A DNA stretch of 64,000 bases from Callorhinchus milii (taxonomy: Eukaryota): NCBI RefSeq assembly GCF_018977255.1, contig NW_024704742.1:66032001-66096000 (forward strand), in the 5' to 3' direction. Below the pieces are notes generated by a model. That model worked only from the letters and a program-made list of their open reading frames with translations. It ran no database searches and was not told the DNA's origin. Positions 36,707 to 49,998 of this stretch are shown one piece after another; within the stretch, counting starts at the first letter, position 1; every line of letters starts with the position of its first letter. Both the position numbers and the translations under genes were made by a program.

Positions 36707-37829
36707 ATGCTCAATGCTCTTGTGTACTATAGTTTTAAAGAAAAAAGCTGTTCACTCAGGTACAAGCCACCATGCGATGGTTTATAAAATTTCCCCCAAG
36801 AAAGACTACAGCATTTTATTCAGCTTTAAAACAGAGAACAAGTTACCAATCATTCACTTACAGCACAATCTGGCTTCTAATAACGCTATTCAGTTACCTG
36901 GGTATAAATAGTATCTGGCAATGGTTATAATTGCCACACACACACACTCACTCAGTCACTCACATACACACAGAAACCCTTTCTTTCTCTGCCTATGCCA
37001 ACTTGCGTACGTTAACTCTAAAGTAACAGCTTGTTTGCTGTGATCCATAGTTTGTCATCTTAACCCATGATGCAAAATCCTTCAGTAAACAAGATTTAAT
37101 ATTAGTTTTGGCTGCCTCCTAAGACTGTTTTGTAAAGAATACAGGCTCAATTCATTAGCATGCCCAGTAAGGAACTTGGAAACTTACAAAACTGGCCTCC
37201 TTATACCCAGCCTTAGGAACTCTGATGGCAGCAATTTGTATTAATGATATATTATTGTAAATGAATGCGTGTGTTGGCAGACCGGCAGGACGTTGGGGAG
37301 GAAGAGAGAAAGAGAGAGAGAGAGAAAGAGGGAAAAAACGAGAGAAGGAGGTTGTGTGGAAAATTGTGAGCTCATTTTTCACAGCCCACTTCCTGTATTT
37401 CTGGTTTATGAGCAGCTGCAGCTTTTACTAAATTAAACGACGCTGTTAGCTCCAAGATTTACAAGTTTGGTCATTTGAGTCCCTAAACCCCTTTTTATTG
37501 AGCAGACAATAATCATTAGGCAGGTCTGTAAATCTTGGGAGTGGGGGATATTTTGCTTGCAGTAGTCCGACAATCTGGCTGTGTTTTCACCGATAGGAAT
37601 TGTAATTTTTCTTTTTCTTTGTCAGACTTGGGTTAAGGACCAAGACCCATTATACAGGACGCCTCCAAGGCTGGACAGAGTAAAAGAGGGGAGGACGACA
37701 TAAAGAGCTGTTAAGATTTATGCAGAGAATAACCACCTCAGTAACAAATGATTACACAGCGACTAGGATCACCTATGGCAACATAATTTTGAGAGGTTTA
37801 GATAAAGAAGGTCCTTTAAAATTAATAAG

Positions 37830-38158
37830 AATAATAATCCTTGCAGTTGATATAGTGCCTTATCACATTTCAAAGTACTTCACAGAATACATTGTAAAGC
37901 GGATTGACTGTGTACTTTGTGGGCGAAACTCTGCAGCCAATTGAATGCAGCAGTGTCCCACAAACAGTTGTGGATTAAATGCCCAATTTTTTTTTGAGGG
38001 ATTATTACCCTGGAAACAATTGGGTTCCTACTTACTACTAAATAAATAGAGGTGAGTGGAGTAAGCAAACTTGCCTAAGGTTGCACCCTGCCTGATAATC
38101 GAACCCGGGTCCTCTCGCTTGCAAAACGAGTGTGCTAACCCATACACTAAGGGACTCC
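37830..38158 (-). mobile_element. SINE-A long form
   Basis: ATCGAACCCGGGTCCTCTCGCTTGCA; ends GGACTCC. Confidence 0.88.
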
Positions 38159-38597
38159 AATTGTGCTCAGTTATGTCTAATTATTTTAATTATATTATCC
38201 ATAGTATTATCCATGGCTCGGACAGATCTCAGAGTTTAGAAATATTAAAAGTCAAAATATTTATTGCCCTCTCCTATTCCAGTAATTTTCTGTAAATGCG
38301 ATAGATTTCTACTGGAAGATTATGTGGTTTAATCTTGAATCTATGATTTCACATTAGAGAGTCCTCTGAAACACTTGCCTTGCAAGCGAGAGGACCAAAT
38401 TTGATTCTTGGGTGGGGTGAAAACTTAGGCAAGTTTTGTTCCTCCACATGCCTCTGATTCCTAACAGTAAGTAGGAACCTTAGTCGATTGGTGGATCGCT
38501 TTTTGGGGGTAATATTCCTTTCAAAATATAACATAAAATAATAAATTTTATTTTTTTATTGTTATTAATATAAAATAATGAATTTTATATATAAACT

Positions 38598-38860
38598 GGA
38601 GTCCTGGGTTTGATTCCCGGCAGGGTGAAACCTTGGGTAAGTTTCCTTACTCCACACTCTTGATAATAATCCCTCAAGAAAAAAAAAGCAATAATAATTT
38701 GGTCACTCAATCCACAACTGTTGTGGGACACTGCTGTGTGGAATTGGCTGCCGCGTTTCGCCCACAAATATACAGTCAATTCACTTTACAGTATATTCTG
38801 TAAAACGCTTTGAGACGTCCAGAAGAAATGATAAAGCGCTATATCAAATGCAAGGATTAA
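38598..38860 (+). mobile_element. SINE-A short form with deletion in the tRNA head
   Basis: GGAGTCCTG joined directly to GGTTTGATTCC; short junction; tail. Confidence 0.88.
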
Positions 38861-39148
38861 CAACAACAACGACAACTTGGATTTATATAGTGCCCTCCAC
38901 GCTGGACGGCGTCTCAGAGCGCTTTACAGTTTAGGATCCCGGGACTGAGCCAGGGGGAGGGGTGGGAAGGTGACCAAAGGCGCGGTCGAAAAGAAAGGTC
39001 TTCAGCAGAGACCTGAAAATGGGATGGGAGGGAGCGAGACGAAGGGAGTGAGGAAGGCAGTTCCAGAGCCTCGGTGCATAGTGGCTGAAGGCACAGCTGC
39101 CGAGGGTGGAGCGGAGGACTCGGGGGATAAGGAGGAGGCCAGACCCAG
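38860..39148 (-). mobile_element. L2 3' fragment, tail-to-tail with the preceding SINE
   Basis: (CAA)n then GGATTTATATAGTGCCCTCCACG. Confidence 0.85.
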
Positions 39149-39639
39149 ATTATTATTATTATTATTGTAAACAAGATAATTTGGGCCATCAGAGGACCAA
39201 AGCTTAGCCCGAAACTCATTGCCTTAAAGTTTAAGATTATGCAGGATTCTGGAAAACCTTAAACTCCCATCTTACCACCCGACAGATCACCAAACACCAT
39301 CTAACCAAACTACCCAATATCACACCAATATTCTCACCACCCATCATCATTCCACCCACCATCTCACCGATGTTTGCTGAGTGGAAGGAGTGCCTGGAGC
39401 AGTTGCAGGAGGTTGCAAGTCAAATATAGAAAGGCTGTGGAGGGATTTGAATATAAGAATGATGATCTTCAATATAGTGTATTGGGGGATTGGGAGTCAG
39501 TGGAGCTGGGGAAGGATGGGGAGTGATAGACCTATGGAGCCTGGTCCAAGAGAAGATGTGAATTTTCATAAAGAGAAATAATCATGTGGCAACCATTCCT
39601 GAGCTTTTTACAAATCATTATCAAAGCTTCATTCTTCGA

Positions 39640-40031
39640 CTTGATGTAATACTTTACTGCATTGCCAAGACGTCTCACAAAGCTTCACAGGATTTTTACT
39701 AGTGAATGTAGACAAACATGGCAGCCAATTTGTGCACAACAATGTCTCACAAACAGCCATGAAGTGAATGACCAATTTTATCTGGGGGAATGTTGGCCTT
39801 GAATACTCTTTTCGAATAGTGCCATGAGATCTTTAACATCAGCGTGAACAGGCAGACGAGACACCAGTCTAACACCTCGTACAAAGGACAGACCTCCAAC
39901 AACACAATGCTCCCTCCACACTGAATTGGTGTGTCAGCCAAGACTATGTCTTCAAAGACCTGATGTGGGGTTTGAGCCCACAACCTTTTGACTCAGAGGT
40001 GCGCAAGCTACCAACTGCGCCAGTCTGACAC
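39640..40031 (-). mobile_element. SINE-B, near full length
   Basis: head CTACCAACTGCGCCAGTCTGACAC; CGAATAGTGCCATGAGATCTTTAAC. Confidence 0.85.
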
Positions 40032-40764
40032 CTGGGCCAGAACTGTTCATTGTGGCCGCAATAACAAGTCGCCTTTATACCTTCAGTCTCCTTTGCCTGA
40101 CTTAAACCGTGAAAGGTTCTGTGGGATTTAATGAGATATATTTTCAGAAGTTATGAGGCAGCTTTACTACATTTGAATTCATGTCAGTTTCAGCTGAAAC
40201 AAGAACCTCTTATTTGCACGTTCAACCCTCCTCCACTCGCCCCCTGCCCCACCCCTCCCCACATCACTGTTGATTGGACTGAAAATTTAAGTGATACAGA
40301 AACATAAACATTTTCAGGACAGACAACAGCTATATGGTGCGTCACGTCTGTGCCGCTGCTGATGCTTTTGTTTTTATCTGAACCGGTCCTTTAGTATAAA
40401 AATAACTCTTGTATTTCACATACAGGACGACTCTGTTATAAAGTGTTTCACTGGAGCACGGTTATTACTTGTAACCCTAGTTTCCCATGACCCCAGTTAC
40501 TGTAAGTGTGGTACACTTCCACTGTAGCCTGGCTGCTGGTCCTCATCAATTTGGAAACAGTTTCATCGCAGTTCTTAAAAAGCGTTTTTTCCAAAATAAA
40601 AATGGAATTGGAGAATTTTCCTAAATTCCTTAAATTGTAGGACAATAGTCTTAAGGCTAAGGCAGTGTGTAATTTCAGGACTGTGGCTTAGTGGGTGAAA
40701 TAAACTGGTCTGGGAGAGAGTTATGGATGAGAATAACCCGAAGAAAACCTTGTGGCCCCTTTAA

Positions 40765-41062
40765 CACAACAACAACTTGCATTTATATAGCGCCCTTCAC
40801 GTAGAAGAATCCCTTGGAGCACTTCATGGCGGCAGGTTTGGAAGCTGAGCAAGGGAGGAAGGGGAGATGCCCAAATGCGCAGTCAAAGAGATAGGTGCTA
40901 AGGTGTTAGATGGGGTGAGGTGGTGGGACGGAGGGGGGAGTTCCAGAGGTCAGGCTCAATCTGAAGGTTCAGCCACCGATGGTGGTTTGGTGCAGGCTGG
41001 GGACACCCAGCAGACCTGTGTTAACTGAGCAAAGTGGATGCGCAGGTGTTATGGGTAGGAAC
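40765..41062 (-). mobile_element. L2 3' fragment
   Basis: ACAACAACAACTTGCATTTATATAGCGCCC. Confidence 0.82.
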
Positions 41063-41065
41063 AGA

Positions 41066-41439
41066 TAATAATAATAATATAATAATCCTTACATTTCATA
41101 TAGCACCTTATCATGTCTTTGAATGCCTTAAAGCGCTTCACAGTATACTGTAAAGAAAATTGACTGTGTATTTTGTGGGCAAAATGTGGCAGCTAATTGC
41201 ACTCAGCAGTGTCCCACAAACAATCATGGATTGAGTGACCACATTTTTTTTTGGATGGGATTATTACCCCCGGAAAAGCAATCCATCAATCGATTAACAA
41301 ACGGATTCCTGCTTACTGCTAGGTAAATAGAGGCATATAGAGTAAGGAAACTGGCCCAATGTTTCGTTCTGCCTGTGAATTGAAGCCACGTCCTCTCACA
41401 TGACAAGCGAGTGCTCTAGCTAATATGCTACAGGAGTCC
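41066..41439 (-). mobile_element. SINE-A long form nested in L2 (L2 resumes ~41440-41550)
   Basis: full SINE layout flanked by collinear minus-strand L2 pieces. Confidence 0.85.
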
Positions 41440-43116
41440 AGATAGGGAGATGCCTGGGTGTGAAGGGATTTATATGTGAGGGTGAGGACTTTGAAGCTGA
41501 TCCATATGGAGTCAGGGAGCCAGTGGTGCTGTGGTGAGGCTAGGAGAGATGGTTTTAACATTGCCATGTGATAAAGGCCCCCCATCCCATCCCAATTTTA
41601 GTGGCCTGCAGTAAATATTTCTGTCAAAATTATATACCAGGCTGACTTTTTCCACTCCTCACCCCAGCCATCCCTGAGGACCTCTTTGACACAGATAATA
41701 ATAATAATTGCTCGGGTCCTGACCAAACTGTCCAGCGCCTTGGGACGTCCTCCCGACGTGAAAGGCACTCTATAGATGAAATCTTGTTGTTGTTGTTGTT
41801 GTAATAATAATCCTTGCATTTGACATAGCGCCTTAACACGTCTTCGAGATGTCTCAAAAGCGCTTCACAGAATATACTGTAAAGTGAATTGACTGTATAT
41901 CTTGAGGGTGAAACCTGCCAGCCAATTGATCTCCAATTCAATTCCAATTTGCAGATACTTTTGTTGTGTGGAATCTCATCTGGTAGGAATTGGGTTGAGG
42001 CATCGGACCCATCCAGCCAGCAGAGTGGAGATTCACATTCAACCTTTAGTAAATAGAATTTCTCCCAGTGTTCTAGCCAACAATTTCCCATATAAAATTG
42101 TTCACTCACTTCATGACTGTTTGTGGGATATTGCTGGGCAGAAGTTAGCTGTCGCGTTTGCCCACAAAGTACACAGTTACTACACTTTAAAATGTACCCT
42201 GTTAAGTGCTTTGAGATTTCACAACTAGATAAGATGCTATGTCAAATGCAAGGATTATTATATATTATTGATAAAGTCTCTCAGTGGGAATATTTATGTA
42301 TATCAGCAAGAGTCAAAGACAAAAAAGTAGACCTGTTGGTCATCAAAATTATTTATATTGCCAGTACAATACAATTTATATTTATGCAGCACTCTTCACA
42401 TGTGTGGCATCTTGGAATGCTAAACCACGTGTCAAGTAGTTGATTGTTCCTTTACTGAGAACAAAATATACCTGCTAACCAAGCAAATCACGGAGGTCCT
42501 CTGATCTCAGAGAAATGGCTTAATGCCTTTCCTATGTCTGTGGATAGCTGGCTCGGCCTTCCGCAACTCTTTCGTCTTCTTCGCTCCACCATAAGTGTCC
42601 ATGCTTTCAGTCACTACGCCCTGAAACTCCAGAACTCTGACTCAATCCCTTCGCCTTGTCCCCTCCTTGCCCTTCAGATCATGCCTCTCCTCTTTGACCG
42701 TGCCTATGGTGCCCTCCCCTCTCTCCCTGGCTCAGCATCACGCACTGCAACTATTAAGCACTCTGAAATGCTACTCTGTACGAAGGATGCTATATAAAAT
42801 ACAAGTTGTTCTTGTTATTCTTGGACATGAGCTGAGCTCAGGAGTATTTGAGACAAGATATAGTGCCCTTCAGATATACCGATGTGCATCACACAGATTT
42901 TGAGCCACAAACTTGGGCATTTTAAGTGTCTATATTCTTCTGGGTGGATGCTTTCAGAGAATCACAGGATATCACGGTACAGAATCTGGCTGCTCAGTCC
43001 ACTGTGTCACTGCTGATATTTTTCTCACAAGATTGGTTTGGATGAAGAAGGCTCTTTCGCCTATCTGATCTCATCCTTCAACAATACCCGCCCCACTGCC
43101 CCAGCAATGGGATGTC

Positions 43117-43600
43117 ATCTTAGACTATGTGATTCCAAGTCCTGATGTGGTGCTTGAACCCTCAAAATTCTGACTCAGTGGTGAGAGTACTACCACTGAG
43201 CCCAGCTGACAATAATAATAATAATAATCCTTGCATTTGATATAGCGCTTTTCACGTCTTCTAGACGTCCCAAAGCGCTTCACAGAATATAATAATAATA
43301 ATCCTTGCATTTGATATAGCGCTTTTCACGTCGGGAGGACGTCCCAAAGCGCTTCACTGAACACACTGTAAAGTGAATTGACTGTATATTTGTGGTTGAA
43401 CGCAGCAACCAATTGCGCACAGCAATGTCCCACAAACAACAGTATTGTTTTGTTTTTGGAGGGATTATTCATCTGGGTGATTGTTGGACAGGACACTAGA
43501 AGAAACTCCGTTCTCTTTTCAAATAGTGTCTTGGGATCTTTAGCGTCCATCTGAACAAGCATGAAGGGGTCTGAGTTTAACATCTCATCAGAAGGACAAT
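43117..43600 (-). mobile_element. SINE cluster: SINE-B head, isolated tail, and tail plus Deu-like fragment
   Basis: two tandem AATAATAATCCTTGCATTTGATATAGCGCTTTTCACGTC units at ~43211 and ~43290. Confidence 0.85.
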
Positions 43601-44792
43601 TTAACAGTGGATTCATGGAACATAAAGGATACTAGCGTAAGAAGCAGTAACCTTGTGCACAGGATGAATGTTTGCATTAGCAGATATGAAGACTGATTTA
43701 GGTTTGATAGTTACCCAGTAACTTGAGGTATTCAGTAAATGTAAAGCTGATATCAACAAACCTGATTAATTATTGACATGCCTCTCAAGGGTGTTACAAT
43801 CCCACAAGAGGTATTTAAACCCCATTTACATTGACATTAAAATCATAATTTGGAATATGAAATCCATTCACCTACAAATATACACTGCATCTTAAAATAA
43901 ATCTTGTGAAGCACGTGAGACGTTCACCCGTTCACTTTTCATATCAAGAGGATCGTCAAAGTGCTTAACAGTTCTGGCTGAGCACCCAAACCGGGGGAGA
44001 ACCGAGGGGGGGAGGGGAAAGATGACCGAAAGTGCAGTCAAACAAGTAGGTTTTGGATGAGGTGAGGGAGCGAGCGAGTCAGAGGGCCTTTGGGATGCAG
44101 TTCCAGAGAGAGGGAGTGGATAGGCTGAAAGTAGGGTGGGGAACATGAAGCAGGCCGGTGCTCGCTGAGCGAGAGGCAAGTTGTTGTTTTTAAGATTCCA
44201 TTTGGTGTTTTGAAGGTATTTGTTCAGGAAAAGTGTCCTGAGCTGATTATGTCACCAAGGCTGCAACGCTTGGGAGAATGTCCGATGTGCTCCAGGTTGA
44301 ATGCTCGGTAGGGAACTGAACCCCGGAGAACAGGACTGAAGTGGGAATAATTAAAGAGTACGCTTCTCAAGCCTGTCCTTCTTCACCCCGTCACCGGCAT
44401 GAGGCAGAAAATGACCCAAACTTGTCTCTGACGAGGACAGGGAGGGAAATCTTGCTGAAATCAATGGGGGTTCCTGTTTTTTATTGATTCCATGAATAGA
44501 AAGGCTGTTGTGGGAGGGAGGAGAGAAAGCACAGGTTGTTAAAGAAACCAGTGTACATGGAGCCTGCTTTGAATGACTTTCACATCCAGCTCGCCTTGGC
44601 TTGGCTTGGACGCGAGGAATTCAGTCTCATTAACCAGGGAACATGAAGTTAAAGGGAAGACTGAACTCGATACAAACTAAAACTAAACAGGACAGCAGGG
44701 GGAGGGGTGCGGAGAGGGGAGTGGCGGCAATATTTCTTTAATTTAGAGCTGAAACTTTATTTATTTAACCTCTGAATTCACAAAGTTCCCCT

Positions 44793-45066
44793 ATAATAAT
44801 AAATAATAATCCTCGCATTCGATTTAGAGCTTTTCACGTCTTCTAGAATATATTGTAAAGTGAATTGGCCAATCGTGTACAGCAGTGCCCCACAAACAGT
44901 CGTGGATTGAAGTGACCAATTTTTTTTATTATTGTTTTTTTTCTTGAGGGATTATTATCAGACGTGTGGAGTAAGGAAACTTGCCCAAGATTTCACCCTG
45001 GCGGGAATTAAACCCAGGTCTCCCACTTGCAAGGCGAGTGGTCTAACCACTGAGCTACAGGACTCC
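44793..45066 (-). mobile_element. SINE-A short form
   Basis: GAGGGATTATTATCAGACGTGTGGAG junction; ends GAGCTACAGGACTCC. Confidence 0.9.
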
Positions 45067-45139
45067 GATATGTTTCCTATTTGTGCACAGCGCAGAAAAC
45101 ACAGCCATCCTGTTATATGGAGTGGGTCATTGCACAGAA

Positions 45140-45495
45140 TGGTGAACGATGGCACGGTCGATGAGGAGAGTCTTGAGATGGGTCTTGAAGGAGGCAAGGG
45201 AGGGGGCAAGGTGGAGGGATTGCGGGATTGAGTTCCAGAGAGTGGGGGCAGAGTGGCGGACGGCCTGGCTGCCAATGGTGGGGCGGGCTAGGCAGGCCAT
45301 AACCCGCTGAGGGGAGGAAGTAGGCAGATTGGTAGGGGATTAAAAGGTTGCAGAGGTAGGGGGGAGCAAGGCCATGGAGGGCTTTGAAGGTGAGGACCAG
45401 GATCTTGAACTGTATTCTATACCTGATGGGAAGCCAGTGGAGTTGGGCGAGGATGGGGTGATAGGGTCAAGGAGCCTGGTGTGGGAGAGGACATG
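45140..45495 (-). mobile_element. L2 3' fragment
   Basis: GAGTCTTGAGATGGGTCTTGAAGGAGGC; GGACCAGGATCTTGAAC. Confidence 0.88.
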
Positions 45496-45509
45496 TTAAT
45501 ATAATTAAA

Positions 45510-45563
45510 AGTAATGTGATTGGTAAATAATAGTAATGTGATTGGTAATTAATAGTAATGTGA
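45510..45563. repeat. 22-bp tandem repeat, ~2.5 copies
   Basis: AGTAATGTGATTGGTAA(A/T)TAAT repeated. Confidence 0.9.
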
Positions 45564-45849
45564 CTGCAATGCTACCCACTTCCCATCACATCGGGGCACT
45601 GAACTGGCTTGTCAGCTTAGAGTGTGAGCTCAAATTCCAATGTGGGTCTTGAACTCACAATCCCCAGCCCCAGAGTGATGAGTTGGGGTGGGTGGGGGGA
45701 GAAAGATGACTGAAAGTGCAGGCCAATAGGTATGTCAAGTTCAAATGGATGCTTTGAGCAAAGTTGGGAGGATTTCAGGGTCTCCACTGGGAGGAATTAA
45801 GAGCTACGCAGATTGCATTTTTGCATTAAAGTTGGGATTTGCACCTCGT

Positions 45850-46048
45850 CTTCGCCCTCAAGATCAGTTTGTCTTAAAATTTAAGACTGTGCAGGAGAGT
45901 GGAAATGTTTCAAATGCAGTTTTAATTTGGCCTTCATTTCTCTTTAAGAACTGTGGAGATTGCGGCTTCCAAATTAATGAATTTATAGAACTTTCCACCC
46001 TTCTGCACGGTCTTAAAGTCAAAGACAAAACGGACTTGCCGGGCAAAG
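45850..46048. mobile_element. foldback MITE-like element 1
   Basis: arms 45868-45905 and 45992-46029 are inverted repeats (32/38 by hand); inner TTAATTTGG/CCAAATTAA. Confidence 0.75.
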
Positions 46049-46094
46049 TGTGGGAGAAAACACTAGATCTATACAATCATTAAAAAAAATAGCT

Positions 46095-46346
46095 ATGGGG
46101 AGAAATTCCACCTGGGTCTTGATTTGTTTTGTTAAACGCAGCATTTTGCAGTGTCCAGAATTTGACAAATTGCTCAATACCACTTAGATTTTGGGGCCAT
46201 TTTTCTGTAAGTTTCTTTTCTAATAAAATAAACTACAGAGATTCGACTTCGACGTTAAGTCTGAATTTGTTCATTTGCCAAATTCTTGATGCTTAGAAAT
46301 GCCATGTCCATTGAGCAAACCTAGACTTGGGTGTAATTTCTCCCAT
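46095..46346. mobile_element. foldback MITE-like element 2
   Basis: ATGGGGAGAAATTCCACC at left, GGTGTAATTTCTCCCAT at right; inner inverted pair AGAATTTGACAAAT / ATTTGCCAAATTCT. Confidence 0.75.
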
Positions 46347-46366
46347 CCTGATGGTAAATAAGAACC

Positions 46367-46401
<35 letters not shown>

Positions 46402-46899
46402 CAGAGAGGGAGAAAAGAAACCATTTCAATTCATTCAGAGATTTATCCCTACATCTGAGGGATACTCACTGACACTGAAATACACTAGGGCAGTCAAGGG
46501 AGCATCCAGGTCCCATTCTGTTAACCTTTGTTCTACGCCAGAAGACAAATCTTGACCTTTTCCCACAACTGAATGACCTGGAGTAAGAGATCTTCTGCTG
46601 GGAGTGTGGAGGGAGGACAGAGGTCAGGACGGATTATGCTTGAGAAAAACCTTGGCAGATCGCTTTGAAGTGGCAAGTGGTTGTGAACATCATAATTCAT
46701 GTTTCTGTTTGCAGAGCGCTGAATTCGAACCAAAAGAGAAATGGAAGTGAAGAGAGGGGAAGGTGGTCTGACACTGACTACAGTGGCTACTGTGAGTTGT
46801 AAGTGACACAGACTTGTGAAAAGCGCATGAAAGATACTCAGAGAATGGGACAGCCCAGTTAGTACGTGCTCCACTTTTAACTGGCCTTGAAGGTTACTT

Positions 46900-47148
46900 G
46901 TAATAATAATAATAATGCTTGCATTTGATATAGTGCCTTATCATGTCGTTGAGACGTCTCAAAGCGCTTCACAGAATATACTGTAAAGTGAATTAAATGT
47001 CTCATCTGAAAGACGGCACCTCCAGCAATGCCAGGCACTACACTGCAGTGTTAGTCTGGACTATACGGGTTCAAAGTCCTGATGTACGGCTTGAACCCAC
47101 AACCTTCTGACTCAGAAGAGAGTACTACCACTGTTCTAGGCTGATACC
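46900..47148 (-). mobile_element. SINE-B with internal deletion
   Basis: tail joined to ATGTCTCATCTGAAAGACGGCACCTCC and head. Confidence 0.82.
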
Positions 47149-47393
47149 TAAGTTGTGCACAGTCACAGTATAGATCCTATTGTGTTAAGGTTTCACATGC
47201 TTTTATTGTGAGTCAGATTGTAGCCAGAATTCTGAGGCTTGTGCGCGGGGGGGTGGCAAAATAAAAAACAAGAGTTTGCATTTAAAGCAACAATTGAAGC
47301 ATCTAATGGCCTTCTTCTGTGCTGTAAATTTGTACGGTTCTGTGGGAGTCCTTAATCTGCCACATTTGTGTAAATTTCAGTATGTGTACGCAG

Positions 47394-47632
47394 CAACAAC
47401 TTGCATTTATATAGCGCTGCTCACGCAGGATAGCGTCTCAGAGAGCTTGACAGTGGCGGAGCACAAATCCGAGCCATAGGGAAGAGGGAGGTAACTGTAA
47501 GCATGTTCGAAGAGGAAGATCTTTAGGTGCAACCTAAATATAGGGAAGGAGGGGGTAAGGCAGAAGGATTGAGGGTGAGTGTTCCAGAGTTTCGAGGCAT
47601 AGTGGCTGAAAGCGCAGCCACCAATGGTGGAA
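47394..47632 (-). mobile_element. L2 3' fragment
   Basis: TIGGCAFSHYASKLWNTHPQS...LKIFLFEHAY. Confidence 0.88.
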
Positions 47633-49684
47633 CACATTTTATATTTGAGCTGATTGGGTTCCTGTCTTATTCCTGTCGTTGGTACAGCTTGAAAACAAGT
47701 TACACATAGAACCTAAGATGGGAAACTCAACTGATTGTGTTCTCAGTGAACTGTTCTCTTCCAACACACACATGTACATGTCCACTGACCTGGCAGGATC
47801 ATTGCGGGTACAGCAAAGCGAGCAATGTTTTCCTAGAGGCAGGTCAGGAAAGTACCCCATGTAGCGCCTGCCGCCCCCCTCCCCCCAACATCAAACTTCT
47901 TGATCCAAAATCATTTTCCGAATTCAAGAGCCTCTTCTTCACATTGAAATCCCTCCACCGCCTTGTTGCAGCCTATCTCCGTGTCCTGCTGCAATTCCAC
48001 AGTCTAGGCTGGCAATCCATAGCAGTGTTGGGGGGTGTTGCATTGTTCAAGTTGCTGTCCTTCAGATGAGACTTTATATGAAGGTCCCATTGGCCTATTC
48101 GATTGGATGTTAAGGATTTCATGGCACTCATTGAAAAGAGAAGGGAATTTCTCCTAGACAACAACCCTCCACATATCAATTGTTCATTCACTTCATGGCT
48201 GTTTGTGGGACATTGCTATGTGCAAATTGGCTGTTGCATTTTTCTATAAATTGCACAGTCACTACTATAAGTGAGATCCACTTTCCCTCCTAAATTCCAT
48301 ACTAGATCTGTTACAGGTGATCTGACATTTATAGCCTCTAGCAAGGGTATAAATACCCTCTTAAATAATTCCGGAAATTATTAGGCACAGGTTGGAAAGA
48401 GCCAAGGCTTGGGTACCCCAGTGTGAGTGTTGGGGAACTGTTGGAGCCTAAGCAGCAAAAATTGAAAAGTTTACCATTGATTTTGCTGTCTGGCAAGCTT
48501 TCCTGCTGATTGTTCAGTTAAGACTACCCTACCCCTTAGGGCTTTGGCTTGCAGGGTCAAGAGGAGTTGAGTGGAATGACTCCCTGCCCCTAGTGACTGG
48601 TCTGCAATTCCAGATCCTGCCGATGAGCGAGGCTGGCTGTGCTGTCATCAGCAATGCACAAGAATATTGCAGACCCACCTGGCTCAGGAACCGGACTACT
48701 GAAACCGCCACCAAGGGCTGGATCAATTCCAACATTCCATTGCTGGGCATGTCACTTTGGAGCCAATTCAGCTCCAAGGAGACCCCACTTACCTCCCCCC
48801 AAGAAGTCTCTCAAATGCCTCATCTCATGAAAGAAAAGCTGTAACCTGTCCAATTTCTTTTGATTGCTGTATTCACTCATCCCCCGGTAACATCTTTGCA
48901 AATCTTCTCCAATAAAACAATATCCTTCCTGTAATGTGGCAACCAGAACTCTACAGATTACTGACCATGCTTTTGGACATCTATCCCCCCGTCGCCCTTG
49001 CCACAGCCCCTTGCTCCCACCCACTCTTGCCCCCACCCAGCCCCCACCCCCAGCTCGAATGCAAATTCTGGACTGTCCAGAACTTTTGGATGTCCTCCTG
49101 ATGTGAAACGTGCTATGTGTAAATTGTAATATGTATTGTACTCCAAATGTGTTTAACCAAGGTTTTATATACATTTCACATAACTTTCCTACTTTTATAT
49201 TCTATTTCTCTAGACATAAATCCAAGGACTTCATGTTCTAAAACATAAAATAAAACTGTGGATATTTTGAGGGGACATTTTGTCCTCATCAAAATGAGCT
49301 CCACCAGTGCTTGTGAGTAGAATTATTTTTACTGCGATGTACAGAATGTCTATACAGTATTAAGCACTTCCACATCAGTTTTCACATAGGTTAATTGTAC
49401 TGTAAGGCTCTCTCTGCACTGACTCAGGAAAGTTTCCTTGATGTGAACATGAAAATATGGCACTGCCCCTTCCAGCTAATATTACAATAATTTCCATTTC
49501 AGTCTCTAGACTGACCGATCTGTGACCTCAGTGCATGAGATTGCCAATCTATTCTCCAGTAGAATAAATTATAGGTACGTTTGTGCTCAAAACTCATACC
49601 CATTAAGAGCTAGATTGGTACTGTACAAAATCATTGAATGAAACAGATAAAAGGATAGTATTCCAGATGACTGCACAACAAGCA

Positions 49685-49994
49685 GTCTCAAAGCGCTTCA
49701 CAGAATATACTGTAAATTGAACTGACTCTATATTTTGTGGTGAAACGCGGCAGCAGTGTCCCACAAACAGTCATGGATTGAAGTGATCTATTTATTGTTA
49801 TTATTTTTTTGAAGGAATTATTATCCCCGGAAAAGCGATCTGCCAATCGATTAACACTCAGGTTCCTACTTACTGCTAGGTAAACAGAGGTGTGTGGAGT
49901 AAGGAAACTTGCCCAACATTTGGCCCTGACGGGAATCGAATGTAGGTCTGTAGCTTGCGAGGCGATGGCTTTAACCACTGAGCTACAGGACTCC
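49685..49994 (-). mobile_element. SINE-A long form
   Basis: intact CORE-like segment and head. Confidence 0.9.
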
Positions 49995-49998
49995 ACAG

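Noticed and set aside
43211..43360. Repeat-spacer-repeat pattern as a CRISPR array
   Set aside because: Two stacked SINE tails; no regular array and no cas genes
45745..46083. 112-aa ORF as a gene
   Set aside because: Spans a foldback element; no recognisable domain
46533..46874. 113-aa minus-strand ORF in unique sequence
   Set aside because: Non-ATG start, no recognisable homology or splice support
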